Assembly: GCA_965223865.1 (NCBI GenBank)
Contig: OZ245020.1
Location: 1,376,001-1,440,000 of the forward strand
Source: Nitrosarchaeum sp.
Lineage (GTDB): Archaea; Thermoproteota; Nitrososphaeria; Nitrososphaerales; Nitrosopumilaceae
Length of the DNA stretch: 64,000 nt
Direction: 5' to 3'
Below the pieces are notes generated by a model. It was given only the letters and a program-made list of their open reading frames with translations. It was not told the DNA's origin and ran no database searches. The translations under genes were made by a program, and so were the position numbers. Below, piece after piece: positions 19,605 to 30,313 of this stretch. Numbering within the stretch: the first letter of the stretch is position 1; every line of letters starts with the position of its first letter.

Positions 19605-20942
19605 ATGCAAGGTGAGGCTTTTCTAAAATGTGTAAACCCTCAATGCGGATTAGAGTATCCTATTGAGAGTACAAATGTACAATGTGATAAAGGTCACCTT
19701 TTAGATGTAAAATACAAAAAAACTCCTTCTAGCAGCCTAAAAGAAGTTTTTTACAAAAGGAGAAATCCTCAAGGGAGTATATTTAATGAAAGTGGGGTTT
19801 GGAGGTTCAGAGAATTACTAAATTTTTGTCAGATTGATACTGAAAACTTGGAGGAATGCTCAAAATATCTGGTTTCTTTAGATGGTTCAGAAGGCAGACA
19901 ATCAAAACCATATCAAATGTCAAAAGCTGCAGATTTTATCGGAATTTCAAAGAATAATTTATGGTTGCAACCTGAGGGATACAACCCTAGTGGTTCATTC
20001 AAAGATAATGGAATGGCAACCGCTGTAACTCATGCAAAAATGGTAGGCGCAACAAAGATAGTTTGTGCATCAACAGGGAACACTTCTGCATCTGCAGGAA
20101 TGTTTGCTGCAAATGAAGGAATAAACTGTGATGTCTATATTCCATCTGGTCAAATTGCACCTGGAAAATTAAGTCAAGCATATCAATTTGGAGCTCAAAT
20201 TGTAGAAGTGGAGGGCAATTTTGATGATGCATTAAAACAATCATTAGAAGATGCAAAAAATCATAATGGATATACAGTAAATTCTATAAATCCATTTAGA
20301 ATAGAAGGTCAAAAAACAATTCCATTTAGAGCATTAGAATATTTGAAATGGGAAACACCAGATTGGATTGTTTATCCAGGAGGAGCTCTTGGTAACACCT
20401 CAAGTTGTGGAAAAGCTTTGATGGAACTTTATGAATGGGGATGGATAAAAAAAATCCCACGTATTGCAGTAATCAATGCAGAAGGAGCAAACACTCTATC
20501 TGATTTGTATAATGGAAAGTTTGAAGAAGAAGAACTTCGATGGAATAAAGGAAATCCTAACGTTGAGATAATTCAGAGATATTATGATCATTTAGATAAA
20601 GAGAATATTAGACCAAAAACAAAGGCAACTGCAATCCAAATTGGCAGACCAGCAAATATTCTCAAAGGACTACGTGCATTGGAATTCACAAACGGAGTAG
20701 TCACTACTGTTACTGATTCAGAAATGCTTGATGGTATGTCAGTAGTTGGATTAAACGGATTTGATTGTGAAATGGCATCAGGAGCATCTGTTGTAGGAAT
20801 AAAAAAATTAATGAATGAAGAAATTATAAAAAAAGACGATGTTGTAGTAGGAATTCTTACTGGCAGGCAAAAAGATGCTATGCTACCTGTAGATTATCAT
20901 AATAATCCACAAAATAGATTTGCAAATCCACCTAAAGTGTGA
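19605..20942 (+). CDS. thrC: Threonine synthase
   Basis: EGYNPSGSFKD, CASTGNTSAS and NSINPFRIEGQKT motifs. Confidence 0.95.
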   Translation: MQGEAFLKCVNPQCGLEYPIESTNVQCDKGHLLDVKYKKTPSSSLKEVFYKRRNPQGSIFNESGVWRFRELLNFCQIDTENLEECSKYLVSLDGSEGRQSKPYQMSKAADFIGISKNNLWLQPEGYNPSGSFKDNGMATAVTHAKMVGATKIVCASTGNTSASAGMFAANEGINCDVYIPSGQIAPGKLSQAYQFGAQIVEVEGNFDDALKQSLEDAKNHNGYTVNSINPFRIEGQKTIPFRALEYLKWETPDWIVYPGGALGNTSSCGKALMELYEWGWIKKIPRIAVINAEGANTLSDLYNGKFEEEELRWNKGNPNVEIIQRYYDHLDKENIRPKTKATAIQIGRPANILKGLRALEFTNGVVTTVTDSEMLDGMSVVGLNGFDCEMASGASVVGIKKLMNEEIIKKDDVVVGILTGRQKDAMLPVDYHNNPQNRFANPPKV

Positions 20943-21092
20943 CCACAAATCAAGGAAAAAGTTTAGCCTCAAAATTTTACATCTAAAACCTTAAAAGGTG
21001 AATTTGTGTTTTATTATCAACCAAGAGATGGTGTATAAAGCATAAATGAATGACCAGTGTTGTTATTCTGATTTAATTTTCTGGAGGATTCT

Positions 21093-22346
21093 ATGGTAGA
21101 ACTTTGGATTGAGATGGTAGTATTAACTATCTTAATAGGATTGTCTGGATTCTTTAGCGGTTTGGAAGTTGCTTTGGTTGGAACAAGAAATTCCAAAGTA
21201 AATCAATTAAAAAAACAAAAAGTCAAGGGTTCAGAGGCACTTTACAAGCTAAAGAACAATCCGGGATGGATGATGGCAAGTGTCAATCTTGGAAATAATC
21301 TTGTAAATGTTGGTTCTTCAGCTCTTGCAACAAGTGTTGCAATTAGAATTTTTGGTGATGAAGGATTAGGGATTGCAGTTGGTGTAATGACATTTTTAAT
21401 TCTAGTATTTGGTGAGATTACTCCAAAAACATATTGTAATGCCAATGCAACAAAGATTGCATTAAAATTTGCACCAGTATTGCTAGTGTTTAGCTATGCA
21501 TTTTGGCCAATTGTAAAACTTTTTGAAATAATAACTAGAGCGATGGTGAAACTAACTGGTAGTAGCTATCAGTCACCACCAATTACAGAAGAGGAGATAA
21601 AAGGAATTGTTGAACAAGGTTTAGCAGATAAAGCATTAGAAAAAGATGAAAGTGAACTTGTTCACAGTGCTTTGGAGTTTGATGACACAGTAATTCGTAC
21701 TGTCATGACTCCAAGAACAAAAATGTTTACACTTCCTGCAAAGATGTTTTTGTTTGAAGCACTTCCATTGATTAATCAAAATGCTCATTCAAGAATTCCA
21801 ATTTTTGGAGAGACCAGTGATGATATTGTCGGATTTGTTCATGTTAGAGATGTTCTAAAAGAGCTTGAACAAGACAATAAAATGAAAATATTGAAACAAA
21901 TTGCGCGAAAACCCGTTTTTGCCTCTCAGGAGAAAATGGTTAGTTCTTTGCTAAAAGAGATGAAGGGAAGAAAAACACACATGGCAATAGTAATTGATGA
22001 ATATGGTGGAGTTGAAGGATTAGTAACCTTAGAGGATCTCATTGAAGAGATAATCGGAGAAATTGAAGATGAAACAGATGTAACACCTCCAGTAGATCAT
22101 CACACTATTGATCAAGACACAATAATTACAAATGGAGATATTGAAATAGAAAGGGTAAATCAAATTTTTAAATCAGAACTGCCAGAAGGAGATGATTATA
22201 GTACACTAAATGGATTATTGCATGAAAGATTACAAGACATACCCCAAGCAGGAGACAAACTAGAGATTGAAGATCTTAGAATTGTGGTAGAAAAAGTTAC
22301 AAAAAATATTCCAGAAGAAATAAGAATAGAGAGAATTAAAAAATAA
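21093..22346 (+). CDS. CNNM/hemolysin family (DUF21-CBS-CorC) Mg/Co transporter
   Basis: FFSGLEVAL, FGEITPK, VMTPR and DEYGGVEGLVTLEDLIEEIIGEI motifs. Confidence 0.93.
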   Translation: MVELWIEMVVLTILIGLSGFFSGLEVALVGTRNSKVNQLKKQKVKGSEALYKLKNNPGWMMASVNLGNNLVNVGSSALATSVAIRIFGDEGLGIAVGVMTFLILVFGEITPKTYCNANATKIALKFAPVLLVFSYAFWPIVKLFEIITRAMVKLTGSSYQSPPITEEEIKGIVEQGLADKALEKDESELVHSALEFDDTVIRTVMTPRTKMFTLPAKMFLFEALPLINQNAHSRIPIFGETSDDIVGFVHVRDVLKELEQDNKMKILKQIARKPVFASQEKMVSSLLKEMKGRKTHMAIVIDEYGGVEGLVTLEDLIEEIIGEIEDETDVTPPVDHHTIDQDTIITNGDIEIERVNQIFKSELPEGDDYSTLNGLLHERLQDIPQAGDKLEIEDLRIVVEKVTKNIPEEIRIERIKK

Positions 22347-22348
22347 GA

Positions 22349-23398
22349 TTATTTTTTGGCAAAATGCTCTTCGAGTTTTTGCTTTTTCTCATTCATATGA
22401 AATATAGATTCAGTATGAGAAAATGCATCTTGATAAGATTTTCCAAACAACATTGATTGCATTAACATATGATTTTCTGGAATCACAATACCTGTTTGAT
22501 CATCAGAATACATCATTTGTACAGTATCTCCAATAGATGTTGTCATGTTTGCATGGATGTGAATCATGTTAGTATCTGTAAAATTAAATCCCATATTGTC
22601 AGCATAATCTCTTACATCTTTTGTCCCTTTTGCAGTCCAAAGTGTAGCTACTCCAAATTCGTTTTTGAAAATTTCATGTATTTCAGAGGGTTTTGGAGCA
22701 ATATCTTTGAAGCGAATATCCATTATGTGTAAGTGCATTTGTCTCGTTGGTACCTTTACTGCCCTAACAAAAAGTGGTGCATCTTTTCCAAAATAGGTTT
22801 TGACATCTTCTCCATGATGAGGTTTTTCAGTCATCTCTATTGTATCTTGAAGTTTTTTATCAGTCTGTTCAATGTCTGCCCATCTCCTAATCAAAGTAAC
22901 ATCAAATCTGAGTAATTTATCGCCAAACTTGTCACGGAGTGGTTCTAAAATTCTGCCCATGCCAGTAACATTACAGCTTCCCTGCATAACGTGTTTTTTG
23001 CCAATTGCCAAATCGTAGTTTGCTCTTGAATTGAACAACAAATCAGATACCATCTCATCACCCATAGTAGTTTCACCGCCTTGGTAAATTGCCATCAAAC
23101 CTTTTGGCTCATAGAGGTTTTTCTTGTTCTTATATCCATGTCCTCCAGGAGCTGCATCAATAACTAAATCACAATCATCTAAAACAGATTCGATTGTCCC
23201 TGAAATTTTATAATCTTTAAAATCATCTACCTTTCTTTCAGGGACATAGACATTTAGGCCTCTCGATATTGCGACATTTACTTTTTCATCGGGAGAATAT
23301 TTTCCTACTCCTAAAATCGAGATTTCAGGGTCATCTTTTAAAAATGAAGTAATTCTGCTTCCAATAGATCCGTATCCATTGACAAAAACTTTTTTCAT
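22349..23398 (-). CDS. gap: Type II (archaeal) glyceraldehyde-3-phosphate dehydrogenase
   Basis: VNGYGSIG, QGGE, SCN, HHG and IVIPEN motifs. Confidence 0.9.
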   Translation of the reverse strand: MKKVFVNGYGSIGSRITSFLKDDPEISILGVGKYSPDEKVNVAISRGLNVYVPERKVDDFKDYKISGTIESVLDDCDLVIDAAPGGHGYKNKKNLYEPKGLMAIYQGGETTMGDEMVSDLLFNSRANYDLAIGKKHVMQGSCNVTGMGRILEPLRDKFGDKLLRFDVTLIRRWADIEQTDKKLQDTIEMTEKPHHGEDVKTYFGKDAPLFVRAVKVPTRQMHLHIMDIRFKDIAPKPSEIHEIFKNEFGVATLWTAKGTKDVRDYADNMGFNFTDTNMIHIHANMTTSIGDTVQMMYSDDQTGIVIPENHMLMQSMLFGKSYQDAFSHTESIFHMNEKKQKLEEHFAKK

Positions 23399-23565
23399 GT
23401 TTTTCTAAAATTGTCCTCATTTATTTATATTAATATACAAAAAAACCACTAAAATAAATTTAGTATTAAATCTAAATTTTCAAAAAATGTTTGAACCTAT
23501 CTTTTATCCTAAAAAATTTTCCCATTAGACATCGTAAAGGACTAAATGAGACTAAAAATTTTAAA

Positions 23566-24276
23566 ATGACGTTGATTCATGGGCCATCCTTAGGAATTGG
23601 AGCTGGAATAACTGCAGTGGTTCTAATAGCTACATTTTTTGCATTTGATATATTCTCTGAACAAAAAGAACTGGTCATAGAACCCACACCAACAATTCAA
23701 GAAGAAGGTCCCGCCAAAATAACGATGGTTACTTTTCTTGAAAATGGCTCTCCAGTATTAGGAAATCCTGATGCACCCATAACACTAGTAGAATTTGGAG
23801 ACTATCAATGTCATTTTTGTAACGTATTTTTTCATAATACTGAAGAGAGTATTTTAAAAAATTTTGTTGAAACTGGAAAAGTAAAGATGATTTTCAAAGA
23901 CTATACCATCATAGGTCCAGATTCAGTAAATGCTGCTCATGGTGCACATTGTGCAAATGACCAAGGATTATTTTGGGAATACCATGATATTTTGTATAAT
24001 AATTGGAATGGTGAAAATAATGGATGGGCCTCATCAGATAATCTTTTCAAATTTGCCCAAGAAATCAATTTAGACATGGATAAATGGTCTGACTGTATGT
24101 TGAATGCTGAGCACTCTGAAATAATCCTAGCAAGTAATAATGATGCAAAAGATTTGGGTTTAACTGGAACTCCATCATTTTTTGTGATCGCACCTGATAA
24201 CAAGATAACAAAACTTCATGGGGCTCAGCCATACTCACAATTTGAAAATATTTTTAATTCCTTACTAGAAAATTAG
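23566..24276 (+). CDS. DsbA-family thiol oxidoreductase
   Basis: EFGDYQCHFC, GTPSFF and GAQP motifs; N-terminal anchor. Confidence 0.9.
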   Translation: MTLIHGPSLGIGAGITAVVLIATFFAFDIFSEQKELVIEPTPTIQEEGPAKITMVTFLENGSPVLGNPDAPITLVEFGDYQCHFCNVFFHNTEESILKNFVETGKVKMIFKDYTIIGPDSVNAAHGAHCANDQGLFWEYHDILYNNWNGENNGWASSDNLFKFAQEINLDMDKWSDCMLNAEHSEIILASNNDAKDLGLTGTPSFFVIAPDNKITKLHGAQPYSQFENIFNSLLEN

Positions 24277-24389
24277 AAAAATTATAGATATTGGTACGAG
24301 AATCATTTAAAAAAACTGAAAAAGCTGCCTTAAAAGTAAGATAGAATTAGCTCAATATCCTTTTATGTGAATAGAAGGAGGCAAGCTTT

Positions 24390-25784
24390 ATGGCAGCTGG
24401 GATAGATGACATTTCAATTTACATTCCTAGATTATACGTTGATGCATCAGATTTTGCAGAAGCAAGAGGATTAAACCCTGAAAAACTTCAGAAAGGTCTT
24501 GGAGTAGCACAGATGGCAATTGTAGATACAAACCAAGATCCTGCATGTCTTGCTGCAAATGCATGCTTGAAAATCATGCAGAAAAACAAACTTTCTCCTG
24601 AAGATATTGGACGATTGTATGTATCAACTGAATCATCATTTGACGAATCAAAAGCAATGAACTCCTATGTGGTAGGAATGTTAGAGCAAGTTTATGGTCA
24701 AGGAGCGTTCGAGCACTGCGGTGGAGTTGAGACAAAATTTGCGTGTGTTAGTGGCTCTTATGCATTATATGATAATACTAATTGGATTAGAGCAGGAGAA
24801 GCAGAGGGAAAGTATGCACTGGTTGTAGTATCAGATATTGCAAAATATGACATGGGCTCTAGTGGCGAGATGACACAAGGAGCAGGTGCGGTAGTAATGT
24901 TGCTAAATGACAAGCCAAGATTGTTGGCTTTTGACCCCAAAGTCACCTCGACTTCAATTAAAGACGAATATGATTTTTACCGACCATTTGGAAAAGAGAC
25001 TCCAATTGTCCATGGTCAATATTCTAATTTGTTGTATATGATTCAGGTAAGAAAGGCAGTGGAGGCCTACAAGAAAAAGGTCATTAACACGGGATTGGTA
25101 AAACTAGAACCAGGAGAGACAATTGTAGACCATCTTGATTACATTAACATGCATTTGCCATACAGTAACATGGGTAAAAAAGCACTTGCGTATCTTGTGA
25201 GACATGAATGGCGACAACTTCCAAGATGGAAAAAAATTATTCAAAGCATAGGAATGGAAGAACCAGTTCCAAAAGATCCTCGTGGTACTATAGAATCTGT
25301 TTTAGGGGACCAAGAGTTTATGGCAAAAGATCACGAGTTTACAAAATTATTTACTAAAACTCAAGAATTCCAAGAAGTGTATGAATCAAAACTTGCAAGC
25401 TCACTAATTGCATCAAAGATGATTGGTAACTTGTACACTGCTTCACTCTACCTAGGATTTAGAAGTAGTTTAGAATTTGAATATCAAAAAGGAATAGAAT
25501 TAGAAGGTAAGAGAATCGGATTTGGTTCGTATGGTAGTGGTAGTAGTGCAATGGTCTTTAGCGGGGTAATTCAACCAGAATATGAAGAGATTGTCAAAAA
25601 CATGAATCTTGAATCAGAGATTGGAGAAAGAAGAAAACTAACCTTAGATGAATATGAAGAACTACATGAAAATAAATTATCCCCTGAGGAATCCATGTTA
25701 CATTCAAAGCATGAGTTTGTCCTAGTAGATGTAAAAACTGATGCCGAATCAAGAGGAGAAAGGCGTTACGTGTTTAACGAATAA
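24390..25784 (+). CDS. mvaS: Hydroxymethylglutaryl-CoA synthase
   Basis: KFACVSG, TQGAGAV, MHLPY, GNLYTAS and SYGSG motifs. Confidence 0.93.
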   Translation: MAAGIDDISIYIPRLYVDASDFAEARGLNPEKLQKGLGVAQMAIVDTNQDPACLAANACLKIMQKNKLSPEDIGRLYVSTESSFDESKAMNSYVVGMLEQVYGQGAFEHCGGVETKFACVSGSYALYDNTNWIRAGEAEGKYALVVVSDIAKYDMGSSGEMTQGAGAVVMLLNDKPRLLAFDPKVTSTSIKDEYDFYRPFGKETPIVHGQYSNLLYMIQVRKAVEAYKKKVINTGLVKLEPGETIVDHLDYINMHLPYSNMGKKALAYLVRHEWRQLPRWKKIIQSIGMEEPVPKDPRGTIESVLGDQEFMAKDHEFTKLFTKTQEFQEVYESKLASSLIASKMIGNLYTASLYLGFRSSLEFEYQKGIELEGKRIGFGSYGSGSSAMVFSGVIQPEYEEIVKNMNLESEIGERRKLTLDEYEELHENKLSPEESMLHSKHEFVLVDVKTDAESRGERRYVFNE

Positions 25785-26335
25785 TGCAAGAAGAGCAAAA
25801 TCCTGTAAAGGAATACTTGTTTGATTATTTGTCAAAATCAGAAGAAAGAATTCAAAAATTAATCTCTGAAAATAAATTTTCTGAAATCATTAATGATGTA
25901 ATAACAAATTGTTACGATAAGACAATCACACTAGGAGAAAAAGACGACAGTTTAGGCATTTTAGCCACAGGATTACTTCATTTTCTACTTACTAATGCAC
26001 TTTTGACTAGTCAAAGAAAGATAGAGTACAATGGCATAGACGTTGACATTGTTATTCCAGACTTGAAAACATTAGAAAAAGACCCCAAAAAAACATTAAT
26101 CATCTACATACCAAAAACAAGTAACAAAAATACCATTGAGCAAAAAATAAATGAATTAGAAAAAATTCAGTCTGAAAAACAAAACATTTGGTTAGTATTG
26201 TCTCAAGATCTTGGTTTTAAAAATAAATTTTTTATAATTGATAAAAAAAACAATACGTTTTCAAAAATTATTTTTGAAATTGCTCAATTTGTAAATGTTC
26301 AAGGTCAAAACAAATTCAAAATTTTAAGAGTTTAA
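25784..26335 (+). CDS. Hypothetical protein
   Basis: Coupled to HMG-CoA synthase; VDIVIP segment. Confidence 0.65.
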   Translation: MQEEQNPVKEYLFDYLSKSEERIQKLISENKFSEIINDVITNCYDKTITLGEKDDSLGILATGLLHFLLTNALLTSQRKIEYNGIDVDIVIPDLKTLEKDPKKTLIIYIPKTSNKNTIEQKINELEKIQSEKQNIWLVLSQDLGFKNKFFIIDKKNNTFSKIIFEIAQFVNVQGQNKFKILRV

Positions 26336-26345
26336 AATGTTACAA

Positions 26346-27029
26346 TTAATCAAAGAGTGATTTCCAATCTAAATTTTTCTTAAATATTTTGTATAAGGAT
26401 GCATCACTTAGATCATTGATGAATGGGATAGAGCCTAAAACTTTGAGTCCCGTAAGATTTTTCAAATCACGTTTTAGTTCATCGATAGGATATCCTTGAT
26501 CAAAATTGTTGATAATAATTCCTTTAATCGGAATTTTATATTTCTCGCACATTTTACAAGTCATAATGGTATGATTAATGGTGCCAATTTTGCTTCTCGT
26601 GACAAGAACTGTAGGAATTTTCATTTCTTTAATTAGATTAGTAAAATAATAGTCCTTTAAGATCGGAGTCATAACTCCACCCATCCCTTCAACTAGTAGT
26701 ATTTCATGTAATTTTGATAATTTTTTGAAACTATCTAGAACGGATTTTATTTTGGGTTTTGTTTTTAGATTCTTCCAAGCAGTATAAGGAGATGCAGGTA
26801 TTGGGAAAAATTGAGGGTTTACTAAATTTTCAGGATCTGATATCTGAGCAGCGTTTGATAGAATTTCAACGTCTTCAGATTTGAATCCTCTTTTTTGAGC
26901 TGTTCCAGCCGCAAAAGGCTTCATCACGCCTATATCGACTCCCATCTTATGCATTGTCACGGCTAGACCTGCAGTGATGTACGTTTTTCCAACATCAGTA
27001 TCAGTGCCAGCAATAAACAGAGATTTCAT
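26346..27029 (-). CDS. bioD: Dethiobiotin synthetase
   Basis: GTDTDVGKT, VEGMGG and GTINHT motifs. Confidence 0.96.
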   Translation of the reverse strand: MKSLFIAGTDTDVGKTYITAGLAVTMHKMGVDIGVMKPFAAGTAQKRGFKSEDVEILSNAAQISDPENLVNPQFFPIPASPYTAWKNLKTKPKIKSVLDSFKKLSKLHEILLVEGMGGVMTPILKDYYFTNLIKEMKIPTVLVTRSKIGTINHTIMTCKMCEKYKIPIKGIIINNFDQGYPIDELKRDLKNLTGLKVLGSIPFINDLSDASLYKIFKKNLDWKSLFD

Positions 27030-27101
27030 GGAATTTCTTGAATTTGTTTTATTGATTAATTATTCGGTTGGTTATTAAGATCTAAAACTAAACAAAATTA
27101 G

Positions 27102-28418
27102 TTGAAAAGCTCTGTTTGGCATCCAAACACACAGATGAAAGAATGGAATTCATTTGATACCATTGTCAGCGGCAAAGGTATGTGGTTAATTGATTCTAAA
27201 GGAAACAAGATGTTAGATGCAGTAGCATCGATGTGGTGTAATGTATGGGGTCATTCGAAACCAGAACTAATTAAGGCAATTACAAATCAAAATAAAAAAC
27301 TTCAACATTCTTCAATGTTTAATCTAACTAACGAGCCATCAGAAAAATTAGCTCAAAATTTAGTAAAAATATCCCCTGGAATGCACAAAGTGTTTTTTTC
27401 AGACAATGGGTCATCTGCAATGGAGATATCGTTTAAGCTAGCGCTGCAATATTGGTATAACATTGGTGAAAAGAAAAAAACAAAGATAATGACACTGGAA
27501 AATGGATATCATGGAGATACATTTGGTTCAATGTCCGTAGGATTTGTTCCTGAATTTTTTGGCAAATTTAAAAAACAACTATTTTCTACAATACAAATTC
27601 CTGTTCCAAATAAATACCGAATACCAAAAGGATACACAGTTTCTGAATATGAAAATTATTGTCTTGATAAAATTGAAAAACAAATGGCAAAAGATGATAA
27701 AATTGCAGCATTTGTAATGGAAAGTGGCGCTCAAGTTGCTGGAGGGGTAATTATTTTTCCCAAAGGTTTTCAAAGAAAGATTAGTCAATTATGTAAAAAA
27801 TACAATGTGCTTTTTGTTTTAGATGAGATTGCTACTGGATTTGGAAGATTAGGTTCCATGACAGAATATACAAAGCAAAAAAGTAATCCAGATATTGTAG
27901 CCTTTGGAAAAATGCTAACTGGAGGGTATCTTACTATGGCTGCTACTTTAGCAAACAAAAAAATCTATGATTCCTTTTTGGGAGAATTTAACGAGTGGAG
28001 ACATTTGTTTCATGGTCATACATACACTGGAAATCCACTTGCGGCAGCAGTTGCAAATGAGAATTTACGATTATATCAGAAAAATCAACTGATCAAAAAA
28101 ATCCAAAAAACATCAAAAGTTTTTGAAAAATATTATGATGAAATTGCAGATATCGATATTGTAGGAGATATTAGACATAAAGGAATGCTTATGGGAATTG
28201 AACTTGTTAAAGACAAAAAGAAAAAGATTCCAATCCATCCTGAAAAATCAATTAACAAAATATTCTTTGAAGAAGGAAAGAAAAATGGAATTTATCTTCG
28301 CACATTAGGAAATATTGTAATGCTTGTACCGCCCTTGGACATATCTGAGAAAGAATTGGATTTACTAATTACAAGAACCATTTCTACTATAAAGAATTCA
28401 AAAAAACATGTATTGTAA
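27102..28418 (+). CDS. bioA: Adenosylmethionine-8-amino-7-oxononanoate aminotransferase
   Basis: WHPNTQM, SDNGS, YHGDT, DEIATGFGR and HGHTYTGNP motifs. Confidence 0.96.
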   Translation: MKSSVWHPNTQMKEWNSFDTIVSGKGMWLIDSKGNKMLDAVASMWCNVWGHSKPELIKAITNQNKKLQHSSMFNLTNEPSEKLAQNLVKISPGMHKVFFSDNGSSAMEISFKLALQYWYNIGEKKKTKIMTLENGYHGDTFGSMSVGFVPEFFGKFKKQLFSTIQIPVPNKYRIPKGYTVSEYENYCLDKIEKQMAKDDKIAAFVMESGAQVAGGVIIFPKGFQRKISQLCKKYNVLFVLDEIATGFGRLGSMTEYTKQKSNPDIVAFGKMLTGGYLTMAATLANKKIYDSFLGEFNEWRHLFHGHTYTGNPLAAAVANENLRLYQKNQLIKKIQKTSKVFEKYYDEIADIDIVGDIRHKGMLMGIELVKDKKKKIPIHPEKSINKIFFEEGKKNGIYLRTLGNIVMLVPPLDISEKELDLLITRTISTIKNSKKHVL

Positions 28419-28655
28419 ATAAATTCAGGATTTAAGAATAATTAGAACATCAATCTTCATTATTGGGTGTGAATAGAATTTTTTGAAGATCAGGTATCTT
28501 ACTCCGGTCGAATCCCATATAGTTTATTTTTATTTCCAAAATAGTAATCTAGTAATCTAGAATTCAATTATATTCTAATAGTTTGGAACAGTTTTGTATT
28601 CTAAAAAAAAGGAAGCATGAGATATTTTATAGATAAAAAAAATTTTAGACTCTCA

Positions 28656-30254
28656 ATGACTAAAAATAAAGCAAAAAACATTGCAGTTCTTTGTTCAGTT
28701 GCATTTCTATCCATCACCGTATTTGGAAGCTCAACTGCATTTGCAGAAGAAAATTCCGGATACAAAATGGCTGATGATGTTAGTGCAACTTTGACATTCA
28801 CATTCAGAGACGGTGTTGAAACACATGAGTTTCCAGTCTTTAAGATGACCTCTGATCTTGTTTCAAATGTTGGAACAACATTTAATGTTCAAGGTGTAGT
28901 AAAAGAGGCTCCTCATTTGCATAAGGCATTAGATGAATCTTTTAAGTATAGATTAATGGTGTCTACTGGATCAAGTAGTTTAGAATATGATTACAGATTT
29001 TTTGACGTAAATGTAGTTATTTCAAATGATACTGAAATCATACGTAATGTAAACTATTACAACTGTGAAGTTCTGGACTACAAAATTAAGACAATGAAAG
29101 ATGATTATGAAAGCTGGGGATTCTATGAGAAAGTAGGATTTGCAATTGTAGATGACATCGACTTTAGATGCGGTGGTGTAATGTCAAATGATGAAATTCC
29201 ATCAGAGCCACGCTCCACTACAAACCAGATAGTATATGACTATGGTCAAACTCCATTCAAATTTGCCAGTGATGCAAGAACCTTTGTAACTTTCAAATTT
29301 GATGAAGGAACTGAAAAAATAGAGTTTCCAATTTTTGAGTTAACGACTGGTTTTGAAGAAGAAGATGATTCTGGTCCTAGTTTTCATGTAGAAGGAACTG
29401 TGATAAACCATCCACTATTGGATAATGCAATAAACCAGGCACGAAATACCAAGGGATTGTCAAGTACCTTTAACACTGATTTTGAGGCACTTGTCGAATT
29501 TACCAATAATGGTAAAGTGGTACGGGGCCTTGATTTTACAGATTGTAGAGTATCTTCCTTTTTCATTGATACCTATCAAGATAAGGAAGAAGGATACACT
29601 GGTAAACGTGGCTTTGCATTAATCGAAAAAGTTGACTTTACATGTGCTGGAATGACTCCTCTTAATCCAACCTATGATAAAGTTAAAGGAAATGCACCTG
29701 TTTGGTCTACTACCAAAGTATCAAATGAATACATGGTAAATTCATACAATATGGGACAAGGTCCTCATGCTGTAGCTACTTTGACTTTCAGTGATGGACA
29801 AGAAACAATTAATTTTCCAATATTTGAACAAGGAAATTTGTTGGATAGGTCTTACCCAACTATTGAATTTGTAGCAGTTCCAGGGGAATATCCATTACTG
29901 TACAAGCATGTTGATGATGCACAAAAGCTTGGACAAAAAGTGAGTGGAGTAAATGCACTTTCTGACTTGTTTGATGTAGATGTTCAACTGGTATACGGAG
30001 AAGATTCTATACGAGAATTCAACTATTCAAATTGCAGAAGTGTTGACTATGTCATAAAAACCCAGCATGACAAAGATGAGAGTTTCTTTAAAGGATTTGC
30101 CTTGACAAATGAATTTCATCTTGAATGCCAAGGATATCATCCATATAGTCCAGTCTATGATGCAATGTTTAATTCATACGAAAAAGCAAACACATCAAGT
30201 AGTATGGACCTACTAAGCACAGATGATTGGGGTCCAGGATTCTACGTACAGTAG
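28656..30254 (+). CDS. Secreted protein with three tandem homologous ~140-aa domains
   Basis: Signal peptide ending TAFA; three repeats of TF...E...FP(V/I)F...P.L....F...V...R...C.V......GFA.....C.G. Confidence 0.8.
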   Translation: MTKNKAKNIAVLCSVAFLSITVFGSSTAFAEENSGYKMADDVSATLTFTFRDGVETHEFPVFKMTSDLVSNVGTTFNVQGVVKEAPHLHKALDESFKYRLMVSTGSSSLEYDYRFFDVNVVISNDTEIIRNVNYYNCEVLDYKIKTMKDDYESWGFYEKVGFAIVDDIDFRCGGVMSNDEIPSEPRSTTNQIVYDYGQTPFKFASDARTFVTFKFDEGTEKIEFPIFELTTGFEEEDDSGPSFHVEGTVINHPLLDNAINQARNTKGLSSTFNTDFEALVEFTNNGKVVRGLDFTDCRVSSFFIDTYQDKEEGYTGKRGFALIEKVDFTCAGMTPLNPTYDKVKGNAPVWSTTKVSNEYMVNSYNMGQGPHAVATLTFSDGQETINFPIFEQGNLLDRSYPTIEFVAVPGEYPLLYKHVDDAQKLGQKVSGVNALSDLFDVDVQLVYGEDSIREFNYSNCRSVDYVIKTQHDKDESFFKGFALTNEFHLECQGYHPYSPVYDAMFNSYEKANTSSSMDLLSTDDWGPGFYVQ

Positions 30255-30313
30255 ATCTTTTTTCTTTTTTTTATTGAAAATATTAAATTACTTTCAAATG
30301 ATTTGAAAATAAA

